A DNA stretch of 64,000 nt from Amoebophrya sp. A120 (taxonomy: Eukaryota; Protista; Dinoflagellata), in the NCBI GenBank assembly GCA_905178155.1, contig CAJINV010000003.1, positions 10,473,732 to 10,537,731 of the forward strand. The letters are read 5' to 3'. Below the pieces are notes generated by a model. That model searched no databases. It was given only the letters and a program-made list of their open reading frames with translations, and was not told where the DNA came from. Both the position numbers and the translations under genes were made by a program. Shown piece after piece: positions 30,819-44,297 of this stretch. The stretch's first letter is position 1. Each line of letters starts with the position of its first letter.

Positions 30819-33800
30819 ATGTTTCGTGTCTCCGATGCAGTGTCTTGGTGTCAGACGAATGATTCTGTGACTGTGCAGTGCGTCTGTGCGAGGAAACCGG
30901 AGGAGGTCAGGATTTTGCACGACGAAATTACTCTGACCTTATCGAGACTTAGACAAGAGCCGTGGTCACCATCCTCAAGAACGAGGACTACCGCTACCCT
31001 GGAAGATGAAGGTGCCGCATTTGATGTCAGTCCAGTATCGACGTCGAAGCTCGTATTTCGTCTTTGGCGGGCAGTACGTACTGCCTCGTCATTTCACACA
31101 ATGACCACAACGTCTCACTGTTTTCCCCACACTGTCGATGACGAGGGAGATATTGCAACATCTACTACTAGTAGATCATGTTCGTCAATATTCCCCGTCG
31201 CCGTCTCCCGCCCAGCGCTAGCGGATGGGACGAGCAGAAAAGCTGGGAACATGAGTGCTGGTGTCCACGTTGTAGAAGAAGGGCCGCAGCTTTCGAATGT
31301 TGCTTCGGTTGACCCTGGTGTTGTTGCAGCTGTATTTCGTCCAGAAGAGGGCGGCGAGCAGGAACAGCAGGTGGTTCTACTTCTCGAAGTACGAGGCGAA
31401 AAATCCGCCCCAGCCCAATTTTCAAAATTTGGCTTGGCCGGTTGCGGTGCTCGGTTGCAGTGGGTGTCGTAGTTTTCCAGTTGGGCACAGACTCCAGCCT
31501 GGGTGTCTTGGGCGGGCCGTGCTTCACCAAGCTAGGGCACCCACAATGTCAATGGAAAGGCTGACGACCTGCGCCACAAATAGGTGGCGCGGGAATGCGC
31601 GAGAAAAAAATAAAGGCGCTGGGGTTGGCAAGGGAAAATGTATATCTCTTGCTTTGATGCGTTTTGGCATTTCCGACGCGAAAAAGTTCTCCTTTCTCTG
31701 GCATTTTTTGGGCCGCCCATAGCATTTGGCCCAGCCGGTTCGCCGGGTGGACTTCAGGCCTTGGGCAAGAAATTATACCTTCCGGACTCCGGTCGTGTTT
31801 GGCGTCATTATAATTTCTTGCCCAAGGCGTGCAGTCCAGTCGGTGAAACGGCTTGGGCAAGAAATTATAGTTAGCCAAATGCGGTTGTCCCACAAGGGCT
31901 AACGTTTGGCCTCCAGCTGTGAAGCAGTTCCCGAGAATAGCCGGGAGCTGGGGAGGTGGCGGGGTGCCTGCGTTTGGTTTTGAACGTGTGCCGGGTCTTT
32001 TGGTGCGTTGCTGGGCGGAAAATCCGGCAGCCCGTTGGCAGACGACACGCAATAGCAGGCTCTTTGTGGTTTGATCAACATCGCCGGACTTAGCAGCGTC
32101 AATGGCCGATGACTCGACGCGGCTGAAACAGCTGGCAGAGTCAAGTTTTGAAAATTGGGCTGGGGCGGATTTTTCCGCTTCGTACGAATTAGCGAAGAGG
32201 GTACGCTATCCAACAACTCGCCCCGCCCCCCCCCGCCCCCTCATCTGTCTCGCGATATAGTACCACGTCCGCCCACCTCTTGCTTTGCCTTTATTATCTA
32301 TATCTCATGACTTGCAACCCCTAAAGCAAAACGACATCGGAAACTCGCCTCGTTCCGGAACGAGGCGCGCAGAGTCCGGATTTTTTCAAAAAGTGCGAAC
32401 GCATTGAGTTTTCGTGTGGGCTCTCGTTTCGGAACGGGAAACGCAGTGAGAATTCACTGAATTGCCACTCCAGGACTTTCCAAAAAGTGAGAACGCAGCG
32501 AATTCTCGCTCGGTTTCTCGTTCCGGCACGAGAAATGGATTGAAAATTCAGTGAGTTTTCACTTTTTGAAGAATCCCACTAACGAGGCCTCGTTCCGGAA
32601 CTCAAAATCGAGTGAAAATTCAGTGGATTTTCACTTTTTGAAAAAAATCACTTTTGGGTCACGAATTTTCTGGGAGAGAGACTTGAGCTCCCAGAGTGAA
32701 AATTTTCCGGAAGTGAAAACTCACTGAATCAATTTTCACTCGATTTTGAGTTCCGGAACGAACTGGGCCTCGTTCCGGAACGAGGCCCAGTTCCGGAACT
32801 CAAAATCGAGTGAAAATTCAGTGAGTTTTCATTTTTTGAACAAAATCACTTTTGGAACATGCATGTTCCTGGAGAGAACGCTGACCCTTTGCAGCACACA
32901 TGGCAGAAATAGGGCGAGGGCTACCGATTCAAATTGCAGGACCTTCCGTAAGCGTGTTGCGTTGTCGCTAGTAGCGCTTGCTGGGTCGCGAAAATTTTTT
33001 TACGAGCCTTCTCGTTGCATCGCGCTATTGCCCGCGCCACATCGCCGAGAGGAACGCTCTGCCGCACTGCCTGCAAGATGCCTGTGGTGTCGTTCGTAAG
33101 GCGCGCCTAATTTATTTTGTGGCTCGCAACATCGCCCGACGTTTTGGCTTCAGTATGTTCAAAACGCTCGAAGTTGTAGCATTTGGGCTCTCGTTCCCCA
33201 ACGAGGGGAGTTTCCGACGCGAAAGAGGGGGTCTTTGCAAGTCGTGCTATATCTTGGAACAGCTAGCTAGTGTTCGACTCACCACAGCTCTCGGAAACCA
33301 CACGCCCCCGCTGTGCGCGACATTTTAGTCTTTTATATTTTAATTTTTTTCTAAAAGCGAGCACTTGCATTTCGAAGGAGGGTGGGCAGCAGGAGGGGTT
33401 GGTGTTGGGTTGTGCACTCTCATAGGAAACCGAGGGCGAGTGGTGGCGGTATCTTACAGTAGACGTATCCGACCGAAAGAGCGCCCCCCCGCAATACCAA
33501 TGCATAGTAATAGAAAGCATAAGCATAACTACACTGCGAGTCGGAGACCTATTTTTTAGTGTTGGTCACTAAGAAATAGAACCGCATCAAAGGCGTTTTC
33601 TTATGGTGCAAGGGCAACGCAGACGAGCCTTCACCTTCTGCAAATAAAATTATGTTCGAATTCGAAATGAAGACCGGCGCACATGGTGAAGAAGTAGAAT
33701 ATTTGTCATGCTCCTGAACTCTGCGAGTGCGACTGCGAAAGACAAAAAGATCTTCGAAAATGTGGGACACAAATTGAAATTCAAACTCTCTGGAATTCAG

Positions 33801-33979
33801 ATTATCTGGATCGGGTGTGCCTTTCTAGTGGACAAGACGAGATCGGCGAAGAAGCGTTGACAGATGCGGAAAAGATGCGAGACGAAGCTTCAAATAGCAT
33901 GGTCACGAACGTGGGCAAAATTGGTGAGCAGAACGCATTTCGGGGCAGTTATTTCGGAAAAAGCGCGTTCTCTTGGTGA
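30819..33979 (+). CDS. CS (p23/NudC-like) domain protein; 3' exons uncertain
   Basis: VSWCQTNDSVTV, LVFRLWRAV, and VVLLLE|LAKR after removing 31390-32184; a protein-like terminal frame DEIGEEALTDAEKMRDEAS..YFGKSAFSW* at about 33830-33979 is tentatively attached. Confidence 0.55.
31390..32184. mobile_element. Introner-like TIR element
   Basis: About 40-bp TIR TACGAGGCGAAAAATCCGCCCCAGCCCAATTTTCAAAA; flanks CGAAG/CGAAT. Confidence 0.9.
32306..33246. mobile_element. Non-autonomous hAT-like MITE, copy 2, 941 bp
   Basis: TIR CATGACTTGCAA / TTGCAAGTCGTG; perfect 8-bp TSD CTATATCT; colinear with 7786-9242. Confidence 0.92.
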
Positions 33980-35359
33980 AGCTCGGGCTACTTCTTCAAA
34001 TAATGTGTATGTGAACATAAAGTGAAGCAGGAAAAACAAAAGAAACGAATGCTGGAGATGAAATTGAAAGCGTCGCTCTAGCTCCGGGTCCGGTTCCGGC
34101 CTGCGTAAGTAGCCGGAGGACCGTGAAAACTTGAATGAAACTAAAGCCATGTAGTTGATGCGCTGCGAAAAGAATCGCCACCAGACACCCGATCTTGCTG
34201 AGTCTTCTTGCTTCCTCATGTATATGATTTGGCGTCCAGTGGATTGATTCTCATTCTACTAGCTGTGTGGTTCTGCGGCCGCCTCTAGAACAAGCGAAGA
34301 GCATCTTATGCTCTTCGCATAAGCCGAGAAGAGTCCAGCCTTTTTTTTGCGTGTTCGGGTGGGGTCGAGATTTTGATAATAGAGCTGGACTTTTCTCCCC
34401 TAATCAATCAATCTTGAAGCGTCCGCCAGGTTTTAAGGGTGCGATTCAGTTAAGCAGTGTTTTAGTCGTGTTTCAGAGTATAAGCCAGCAGCTCGAAGCT
34501 CTGGTAGGCTTGTTTCCAAATGCTTATACGTTTTTCGCTCCACCTTCCGTGCCTGTACTCGTACTTGCCACGAAAGTCAGCCGCACTTTATCTTCTATCT
34601 CTATGTATTCTCCTTATCATTATGGTAAAGGTGTAGATTGGGTGAGTGGGTACCTGAACCTGATCTAAGCTCGTACCTATCGTTATCGGCCAACGCGCTC
34701 TGCATTTCGCGTGTCGTTCGGGGGTCTGGGCAGTCGGTTGCAACGGGAATATCCAGGGGAACGGTTCGTCGGGCTCGGGATTTGTTTGCAGTTCGTTGAT
34801 AATCATAATGATAATGATATTAAGGAGACCAAATCGGTTGGCTCATTGTTATTTCGTGCCGATGTCTGCCGTTGTACATGCAGGTGTGTGGTCGGTATTG
34901 TGCATGTGCTGTGGCGGGGTCCGCTTTGGGGTCTGAGGTGGAACGCCACATGATCGTGATCCAGTGATCCTCTTCATGTTTAGCATCAAGAGTGCGAAGG
35001 AGCAGTTTTTTTGTTTCGTTTGCGCACTTTCTATACATCTCTTCCATCTCATTGATCGCATTTGTGTACTTCGCGTTTGATGTGTGTGATTGCGAAGTAA
35101 TCATAGTAGTAACTACAACTAGCAGCGCCAGCTTCGCCTGGAAGTAGGCTTAAGTATTAGAAGAAGAAGTGCAACTGGCATCAAGCGGCATGATCTAGAT
35201 AAAACAAATCAAAAAGAAAAAAAGCGCCGGCCCCAAAAAAAAGCGCCATCACGCCCAATGTGGTTCGTTGTCGCGGCTCCGGCGCGCCCTGATTGGTCGC
35301 TCCATTTCCGGCGCGCCCAATCTGGTCAACCCGGCCCCGAAGGTGCGTGGACGTGTCTC

Positions 35360-35838
35360 GATGCCGTCGGGCAACTTCTGGGCCGTCAGACGACTTTTGG
35401 CTGTCCGACGGCCGTCGGACACCTTCTGACCCGTCGAGCGACTTTTGGTTGTCCGGCGGCCGTCGGATGACTTTTGGGTGTCCGACGGCCGTCGGGCAAC
35501 TTCTGAGCCGTCGGACGACTTTTGGCTGTCCGACGGTCGTCGGGTGACTTTCGGTTGTGCGACGGCCGTTGGGCAACTTCTGAGCCGTCGGAGTCGGGTG
35601 ACTTCTGGCTGTCCGACGGCCGTCGGACGACTTTTGGCTGTCCAACGGCCGTCGGACGGCTTTCGGTTGTCCGACGGCCGCCGGACAACTTCTGGGCCGC
35701 CGGACGACTTTTGGCTGTCCGACGGCCGTCGGACGATTTCTGAGCCGCCGGACCGACGACTTTTGGCTGTCCGACGGCCGTCGTACTCGTACAACTTCTA
35801 ACCCGTGGGACGACTTTTGGTTGTCCGACGGTCGTCGG
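35360..35838. repeat. Tandem array of palindromic CCGACGGCCGTCGG units with ACTTTTGG(C/T)TGT spacers
   Basis: Read directly from sequence; it produces the repetitive ORFs on both strands. Confidence 0.92.
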
Positions 35839-35887
35839 GTGATGGATTGGACAAGATGAGTAGCAGCAGCGCGGGCCGTTGCGGCCA

Positions 35888-36082
35888 ATTCGAACTTATG
35901 TCTCAAACTCGAGCTCGAGCCCGTATTTCGAACTCGAGCGCTCTCTCAAACTCAAACTCGAGCATGTATCTCAAAATCGAACTTGTATCTGAAGCTCAAA
36001 CTCGACCTTGTCTCTCCAGCTCCTTGTGTCTCAAACTCGACCTTGGTTTTGAAACTCAAGCTCGAGCTCGATTCTGAAACTT
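35888..36082. repeat. AAACTCGA(GCTCGAG) short-unit array
   Basis: Repeated TCAAACTCGA / CTCGAGCTCGA motifs. Confidence 0.75.
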
Positions 36083-36204
36083 AGACTCAATGTTAGAACT
36101 CTATCTCTAACTGGCATTTTAATCCATGGTAGTTATCTTCTATACAAGGACAAAACTACTGTACTTGGCTATCTTTTCTTGTATACGCAATATTCAATCT
36201 CAAC

Positions 36205-39200
36205 ATGGCACCAAGACGAAGTAAAGAACATGGCTTCGTCGGACAAAAGGATTCCGAGTCAACAAGAAGCTCTTCAGCCGCTTGCGCCACTGCTATCACT
36301 GCGCCAGGCGACACAGTTCTGGTCTACAAGGACGCTGCACGAGTGCCGCTGAGCTTTCTTGCGCAGCGCTTGGGGACGAGACACGACGATGCCCAAGCCA
36401 CAGCCTTTGCGCACCTGTCAGAAATTCTTGATGCGTTCTTCACTACAAGAGAGGGACACTGCCCCGCTTTCTTGCTGGTGTCGCTGCGATTACTGGAAGA
36501 AAAAACGCGGACGACCCTGAAAGGCGTGAGGCTCTCGACCACGTCGATCAGTTTTGAACACCCACACGCTGACGTAAAACAGTTTCGATGCTGGGTATCC
36601 TGTGCAAGAGTATCTTCGCACTTGACGTACAAATTGCTTTTGCTGCAGTACTGCATCATGACAAAAATTAAAATTTCCTTTCACTTTATAGTTTTAGTCG
36701 AGTCAGCATTACTTTTACTACATATGATCTTTGTCCTGGAAATTTGCGAGTTCTACCAGTCAGTGCGATACTTTTGCAATGCATACTGGGACCGTCTGAA
36801 CAAGTTGGGAGATCATGGTAGCGTTAAATAATTACTCATCGAATAATTGTCTTTATCATGTCGCATAGGACTAGTCGATTCTGATTGTTCAAACCCGTCT
36901 TTATAGAGTTCTTGTTAGTAGGCTACGGCTACCTAGGTCTTGACTCAAATCAAGAGATATTAATATCCACTTCGCCTTCCTCCACTTCATATGTGGATGC
37001 GCATGTGGCTGCCAACTCCCATGCCAGCAGTGCAGTTGGGATTGAAAAGTGCTACCAAAAGCAGGAAATTGTGTCTGCGGCTGAAAAATTCAAAAGCTCA
37101 CCCTTGCGGCGGCGCGAGGCCGCCGGTATTTCTGCCATTGGAAGCGAGACTGTTTCCCGAAATGTTGCGGAGTTGCGGCTTCCCCTGTTGAAGCAGGACA
37201 CTTCGTCATCGCGGGGGGGTGGCTAAGGGTATTGAGGGCCTAAGTGAAAGAGAACAACAGAGATTTCCAGACATTCGCTGCCATAATCGGCTCTGTCGAT
37301 TGGCTGGCGCCTTTAAGGTGGAATCTAATATAATATATGTAACTCTCTTGCGTTTCTCATTCTTTGCTACCTTTCATCTCTGGACCCCTGAAGCAAGTCA
37401 AAAAGGGCAGCCCCGGACTCCGGGCCGGGCCTTCCCGTCTACGGCCAGGGGGGTCACAGAGTTGGGCAATTGGGGGAGGGTTCAGAAAAATTTCCGCAGA
37501 GGCCCAAACCCGATTGGTACTGCGGAAATTTGTCTGCGGTTCCAGCAGGGGGGGGTCCTGACCGACCCCGCTCTGGTGGGCGGGGGTGCAGACAAATTTC
37601 CGCAGAACAGTCGACTTACCGTGGTCAGCCGGAATTCTCAGCACTAAGAGGTCAGAGCAGCTGGAACAGCCGAGGTTTGGAGGGCCGGGCCTCCCGGGGC
37701 AGGAAAGTAGATGAAATGCGAGAAGCGGACCATGGCCAGCTCCCGCGGACGAGTTGCTTTCCGCGGGTGGGTCCCCTGCTCAGCCCCACCGCAACCTCCG
37801 AGGCCGCCTGGATTTGGACAACCCAAATTGTTTTGCCGTTACGCCCAAAAACAAAATTCTTGAACTTTTCAGCCGCGGACAAAACTCACGCTGGTAAAGT
37901 CGTTCACCTAATGAAAATGATCAAGCTTTAATCTATCTTTCCCTCGTCCACCCTTTGTCAGTCTTTTCAACAAGAACTGTGGGACATTGAATTAGTGACT
38001 AAGTACTTTTGTTCTTCAGGCGGAATTCTGTCGCTTGAGAGCGAGTGCCTGGCGCTGGCCCGTGCATTGGAATTTTGCGGTATCAGTCTCGTCGAGGTCA
38101 AGGCAGTATTGGATATCGTCGCCGATCTTCTCGGGGAAGAGCAGCTGACAGGTAAGTTATATAGGTGCATCATGCTTCCTCTTATGGTTATGAAAGAATG
38201 ACAGGAGTTCGAGGCCATGAATATCGCACAAAATTGAAATAAAAGTTACGATCACATCGAATCACCAGATCAATCTAGTTGTAGCACTTAGTTAGAAGTT
38301 CGACTTCTATGAAGAAGAAAAAATAAAATTAGTTTGTGCGGCTCGCGACCAGCACGATGTACAGGTGCTGCAACGTTTAGTGAATGGACGCAGCAACACC
38401 CAGTGCCACTGATCTTTGGCATAGGCAGACCAATGCAAAGGCACTAGTACTTGCCGAACAATCTGAAGTCAATTGATTAGCTGCATGAGCATGATGGAAG
38501 ATGAAGAACCCTCAGCGTTGACACAAATATTAATGACGATGGGACATTTCAAATATCGTGAAATCGGAGCTAATGCTAATATGATGTGTAAATACTTAAG
38601 CGCAACATCAAGATCAAGTTCTTCAATTTTAATAATGAGCAAAAAGAAAAAGCCTTATACAGAAAAACAAGAAATAAAGAAGAATCTGAAGGCGACTAAA
38701 AAGATTTGACAAAAGGGTGCTATTTGCTAACGTATAATTTAAAACGGTACTAGAATGGATGACTGAAAGCAACAAACTTAAACTGCAGGATCGTCGCTGG
38801 CGGATCGGTTGCAACTTCCCGCACGGACAGTAGCAGACTTCGTCAGTAGTAAAGACAGAAGGATGCTGTTTGCGAAACTGCTTTACGACGGGCTAGTGCG
38901 TTGCATCGTCAGCGCGTTGAACGACGAACTGAAGTGCAGTCTTGCGTCGAAGGAGCAGGAATATGCAACCGGGCATGGCCATGGCGGCCGAAACTCGGCT
39001 GTCTATTCGACTAAATGTGTCCACCTCGTACAACTCGCATCGGAGTTCGGTAACGAACGCAAAGTGTCATCCTCATCGTCGTCCGATTCAATCCAGGGAG
39101 CGTCTTCGTGGGAGAGTTTCCAAAGTCTGTGGATGCAGTCGGCGCTCTTGAGCCGTGCGAGGACGAGCAATGATCATGATCATCAACATGAACATTATTT

Positions 39201-42200
39201 GCCCACTGCTGTCGTATCAACTAGGAAAGTGTTCTTCGGCTTTGGAAGAATTTGCCATGCACCTCTTTTTTTCCGTGTGTTGCGTCATGTGTGTCCATGC
39301 AGATGACAAGGTGTGGAATATAGGACATGGCATTGCTGGTCATCATAAAAATTTTCATACGCTATTTATCATGTCTATGAAGGCTCATGCATGATATTCG
39401 GTTTCGGAGCTGTCATGATCTCAACTTGACCTAAACCACGAGGAGTGGACAAGTTCGTTGCGGTGGTCGTGCACAAGGACACATTTTTGTACGTGTGTGA
39501 TTGACCTCCCACAGAGAAAATGACACCAGGTTGCGCCTGCACACGAAGTTAGTTTGAGTTTTTTTTCCAGCCCGAGACATATTTGCAGTGCATACGAAGA
39601 CACTCTCTACAACGCTAGTGCTACGGAGAACGTGGAACTGCAGCTCGGATGTGATGCGTTGGCGAATTTTTTTGCTAGTTGCGACCCAGAGCGGAGTAGT
39701 GTTTTAGTGGATTGCTTGTACCGGCGAGACCGATCCGAAAAAAGCTTCTCTCCTTTCGTGCTCCTGCAAGGCGGATTAGGCACAGAAAGAAACCTCCCAT
39801 CCGCATCCAATTTGTCAACGCGCGAAACATGCGTAATCTTCTGCGGTTGTCATGCAAAAAATGAATGTGGATGGGTTTTCTATTTTTTCTGTGGATACAG
39901 ACAACGGTTACAGCATAGAGGCCACGCCTTTGACGTGTCAGGTTCATGGACAGCCTCGTTCTTTCCGCACACTCTGGCTGTGCAGACCTTTAGCGGGGAG
40001 ATGTTGTCCACGGCTTCGGCCGCGGAATTATCGGAGGATTCGCTGCAACTACTGCACAGCATCGCGTTTTCGCACCTGCGCGTGGAGCGAAATCCTTTTG
40101 CGGACATGCTAACGCTTCGAGAGGACCTCGAAAACATCCTGCGAACTTCCATGCGTGTTTACGTTGTGGCCTCATCGAAGAACAGTCCAGCTACGCCTTC
40201 TCAACAGCGCGCTCATGTGTTGGCTGCGGGCAGCACAGCTACAACACGAGGTGGCAGTGGGAGTTGTACTGCTACTGGCGCCGCAGCGTCGAGCTCGAGG
40301 GCGAGCGGCGATGACAACAGGTTGAAGTTCGTTGTGTCGGGAAGAACAGAGAACTTGAAGCATTTGGCGGTTTCCACCCGGCCAACTGCAGGCTTCCGCG
40401 CCCCCGGCACCGGTGGCGGAGCTACGCGAGGAGCAGCAGCCCCAGAGTCATCCTCTTCGCAATCCGGCATCGCTTGTCGTTTCCGACAAGACGAAGCGGA
40501 CGAGGGCTTGCGAGATACTAGTGATGAGCTGTCTGCGAGTCAGCATTTTCAGGTTCGGGATGATGATCTCTTTACGGGGTACGTGTCCTCAACCGGCGCC
40601 ACGCAGAGCAGTTACGGAGGCAGGAGAATAATGTTGACAGGAACGTCCTCCTCCGCTTCTTCTTCTTTAACGATCAGCAAGAAGAATCCGACGAAACAAT
40701 TTCTGTTCTACGAAGAGGCGGGTGCGGGCGACTCTGTGGCGGGAGGAGGTGGCGCTACAACTGGCTCCTCGAGTGCTGCGAATAAAGGAAACAACGCTTC
40801 TCCTGGGGCTCCTACGACGGGGGGACCAAATAAAGTCACAACGCCACCGAAAAGCGCTGGGGCTACTTCTTCGGCAGCCGCCACCGCTGCCTCGGCAACG
40901 ACCTCGACCACCGCGCCTGCTGGTGGTTTTTCGGGGTTTCACAACTTGACGCCGGAGGGTCAGGAAATCGTGGCTGCGCAAATCAAGAAAATCATGGGTG
41001 GCGCCGCGGAGGGGGTGGTGACGACGGGGTCGTCCGCTACTTCATCTTCTGGAACCAAGAAAAACGCCGATGCGCTGTCCGTCAAGATGGACCGCGTGCT
41101 AGTGGACGAGGCAGGGCAGAACAGTCGCGGGCCCAGCCCCTTTATGGAGCTGGTCGGCCTCGGGCCGGAATCGCGGGAGGAAAGCTATAGAGAGCTGTGC
41201 GTGAACAAGAAGGCCGACATATTGAGAGGAAAAACGTCCCCGTCCCAGAGTCAAGATCAAGCTGGGAAATCTGCTACACAATTCCCACAGCTTCGGCTGT
41301 TGCGCGTGACAAGTTTTGTTTCGTAGTGTGGTCCTGTTTCAGCAGCGTCATAGATCCAGCCTATTGTGCTGGTTGGAGCATTTGAAATTCCAAAACACAG
41401 CTAGAAAATAGATACTTCCTAATATGAGGCTCCGCGTGATAACAAGTAGCTATATATAAGCATTTTGATCATGTAGATTTGCATGACAACTATTGGGCGG
41501 GGGCGTTTTTACATAGGACGCGACATCTTTGACGCGGTAGCCGCCGGCGATGCGCCGGCGGTGCAGCGCAATCTGCAAATCTTCTGGCCCTTGTTTGATA
41601 AGTATCTCAGTGGCAGTGTACTACACCTCCCCTCGGTTTCCTCTGTCTTTTTGTTTTGCCTCTCAGTTGCTAAAAATTATACGATGAAATAGAATCCAAG
41701 AAATCTTCCGGTGCTTGTACTTGTAGATATTATATATGAATATAATAATGACGATGCTCCCTTGGCGCTTTGCATCCGCCCCAGTCGTGTTTGCGTTGTA
41801 ACAGGTTGCCTTATAGGAGCATGACTTGAGTTCAGTGCGAAACTGTAATCGATGCAAGGATGGATTGTTTTGCATTCGGATTTGCTAAAAGTTGTCGCCG
41901 TAATGATTACTGAGGATGCGGAAACCGCCCTCATTAACAGAAGGAAATGGAGGGGGGGGGGGGGTTGTGCACGCCTATAACAGTGCCTATGTGGAGTTTG
42001 TGCAGAACTGGCTGAAAGCCAAGGGACACGTGGCGGACCTCGATATAGCGTTCTCAAGCGTCACATTCTCAGCTATTGCGTGAATTTGTGATGCGTATGC
42101 ATATGCAACAAGAACAACAGCCTTGCCTTTGCGCTTCATCTTGCGTTGCAGATGTGGTGCGGATTTGCATACTCATGCTATTTATAATTAATGCGCCGAG

Positions 42201-44297
42201 AGCTTGTCATGCGAAAAAGCTTGATGTTGATCATGATGCGCAGTGAGTACTGCGCATCACGATCATCGTGATGTCATCGAAAGTTGTGCTTCCTCGCCCA
42301 CCCCCCGGGGAGGGGATCCTTGACCTGTGGCGCTGGGAGCGGGTGTCCACTACATGATGACGATGATGATGATGATGATGCAGTGAGTGTGATAGTTTGG
42401 ATAAATTGAAACTCGTCATGTAACAGCTGAAAACGTAAGTAACGCTTGAGACTCCCATACTGCAGGCGTCGCCTTTGCAGAATCTCGCGAAGCTGTCCCT
42501 GGACCGAATCCACCAGATCGTGTCTGATTGCACCTTCGGGAACGCACTTCAGGACGCACAAACAATATGTACCTGTCAGGTGGGAAGTTGTCATGAAGAT
42601 GAAATTACTTACTTTTGAGTACCAGTACGCTACTAGGGCTAGTAACCACGACCACGACGTGCTCGTGGTTGCGGTCGGCTTACTTAGTACCGTAGCAAAT
42701 CGCTTCCGTGTTTTTTGGGCGATTCCCCACGTGGCGCAACCATATGCCAAGGTGGCAGAGCTGAAACAGAAAGCCAAGGAGGTGCGGTACCGCGGGCCGA
42801 CCAACCGTCCGGGTGAGGCTGCTCAAAGCGGCGGGAAATACGATGACGCTGGGCTGGCTGCCAGAGGTTCATGATATAATTTGTTGATGATGTTGGATGC
42901 CTCCGTTTGGTGGTCTTGTTGGGATAAGAATAATAATGCGCTCAAAACGTAATCTCAATCTCTATGTTTATATAGCGCAAGCGTTTGCAAAGAACTACTT
43001 TTAGTACATCCTCGTCCAACTCCAAGGACGCCAACACTGCGACTTCGAATACTTATGCGTAGATACATGAGACTGATCAAAGAAAGAAAAATGAATCGCA
43101 ACAGCACGCGGCATGAGCGACAGCATGGTGGGTGTAGACGTTCCTGTGATTTACATTCCGAAGGATTTCGACTTTCTGCCGATCAGGGAGCGGCAACTCA
43201 TCCTCCATCAACAAGGAGTTTTGGACAATGAAGTCCTCAAAAACCCCCGGCTCCAAACGCTGGCATCGAGTATCAGGCAGCGTTACATCGTCTATTTTTA
43301 TCCGCGTTCAGAAGTTGCGCTTGCCTCATCTCGTTATTCTACAGCATTTCATATTTCTCTGCTGTATGCGGTTTAAGATCAAGAATAAGATTACTTTTGC
43401 TGATGATATTCATCTCCGTAGCTGCATCGAATCAACAAAAATAAAAAACACAAAACTAAGCTACAAGATACAAAAATCGAATAAAGCTGATTGCGATTTT
43501 TACAATGTCTATCAAACAGCGGAGGTGAGTGCGTACTATGATTTCCGGTCTGCCGAGGGGGATGAGCACGGTGATTTCCCGTGGACCGACGTGTATTCGG
43601 CCGATCCTTCGCAGCCCTTCAACGTCGGAGCGGAAAAAGTGAACGCGGGGAGCAAAGGCTACTTAGCGAGTTTCCAGGGAGATGGCCCGACGGGTAGTTC
43701 CGCGGACGGGGCCGGCGGTAACGCAGCGACCATGGCTGAACAAGGTGGCAGCACACCCTACACAGCCAAGAATGGTGTCGCGCTGCATCAAGCGCTATCC
43801 GCAATGTCTCTCGAACTGCGGATGTGCCAGGAAACCTTGGCCGCCCACACCAGTGCCAACGATATGGCCGGGAAAAAGTCCGAAACAGCGTCCTACCAAA
43901 CGCACATTCTCCAGGAACTCACTGCGGAGAGAGACTACTGGAAAAAGGAATGCGTCATCCTGTGGGAGCAGGTGCGGCGCTTGGAGGACGATTTGCGCGC
44001 GTGGGACCAGGAAGGCGCGTACTTACTTCAACTTGCTCATGCACTTTTATCTAACAAGCATGAATCATGCGCTTTTCCTTTTTATTGCCTCCATAGTGGA
44101 AGGACACATATTAAAATTTATTCTGCAGGAATTGGCAGCACCGAAAGCAGCAGAAGCCGAACGAATTGGACCTGAACGCTGCAATACGGGGGCAACAAGG
44201 CCAGCTCGGCGAGCAGGTAGACCTCCGTTTGGACCAGTCCAAGAAGCTCATGGAGGAGCTCCGAAAACACATTGAGGAAGCGGAACAGTCAGCCTAA
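36205..44297 (+). CDS. Large multi-exon protein: degenerate myosin-motor-like N-terminal region, low-complexity middle, C-terminal coiled coil (single-gene model inferred)
   Basis: Ordered myosin-like segments LSEILDAF, LARALEFCGISLVEVKAVLDIVADLL, DRRMLFAKLLYDGLVRCIVSALNDEL, SSWESF, LREDLENILRTSMRVYV; 590-aa ORF; coiled-coil ELTAERDYWKKECVILWEQVRRLEDDL; final frame KKLMEELRKHIEEAEQSA*. Confidence 0.6.
41220..41520. mobile_element. Introner family A copy
   Basis: TATTGAGAGGAAAAACGTCCCC / GGGGGCGTTTTTACATAGGACG; flanks CGACA/CGACA; join gives KKADIFDAV; internal homology to 48282-48607. Confidence 0.85.

Noticed and set aside
31102-31314. TGACC direct repeat as an intron switching to ORF 31297
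   Set aside because: There are no TA ends, and that frame stops just after the next element, whereas the uninterrupted frame gives the CS-like LLLELAKR.
35181-35906. Repetitive ORFs on both strands (also 72-670), or a CRISPR-like array
   Set aside because: These are products of palindromic tandem repeats. Spacers are not unique and there are no cas genes.
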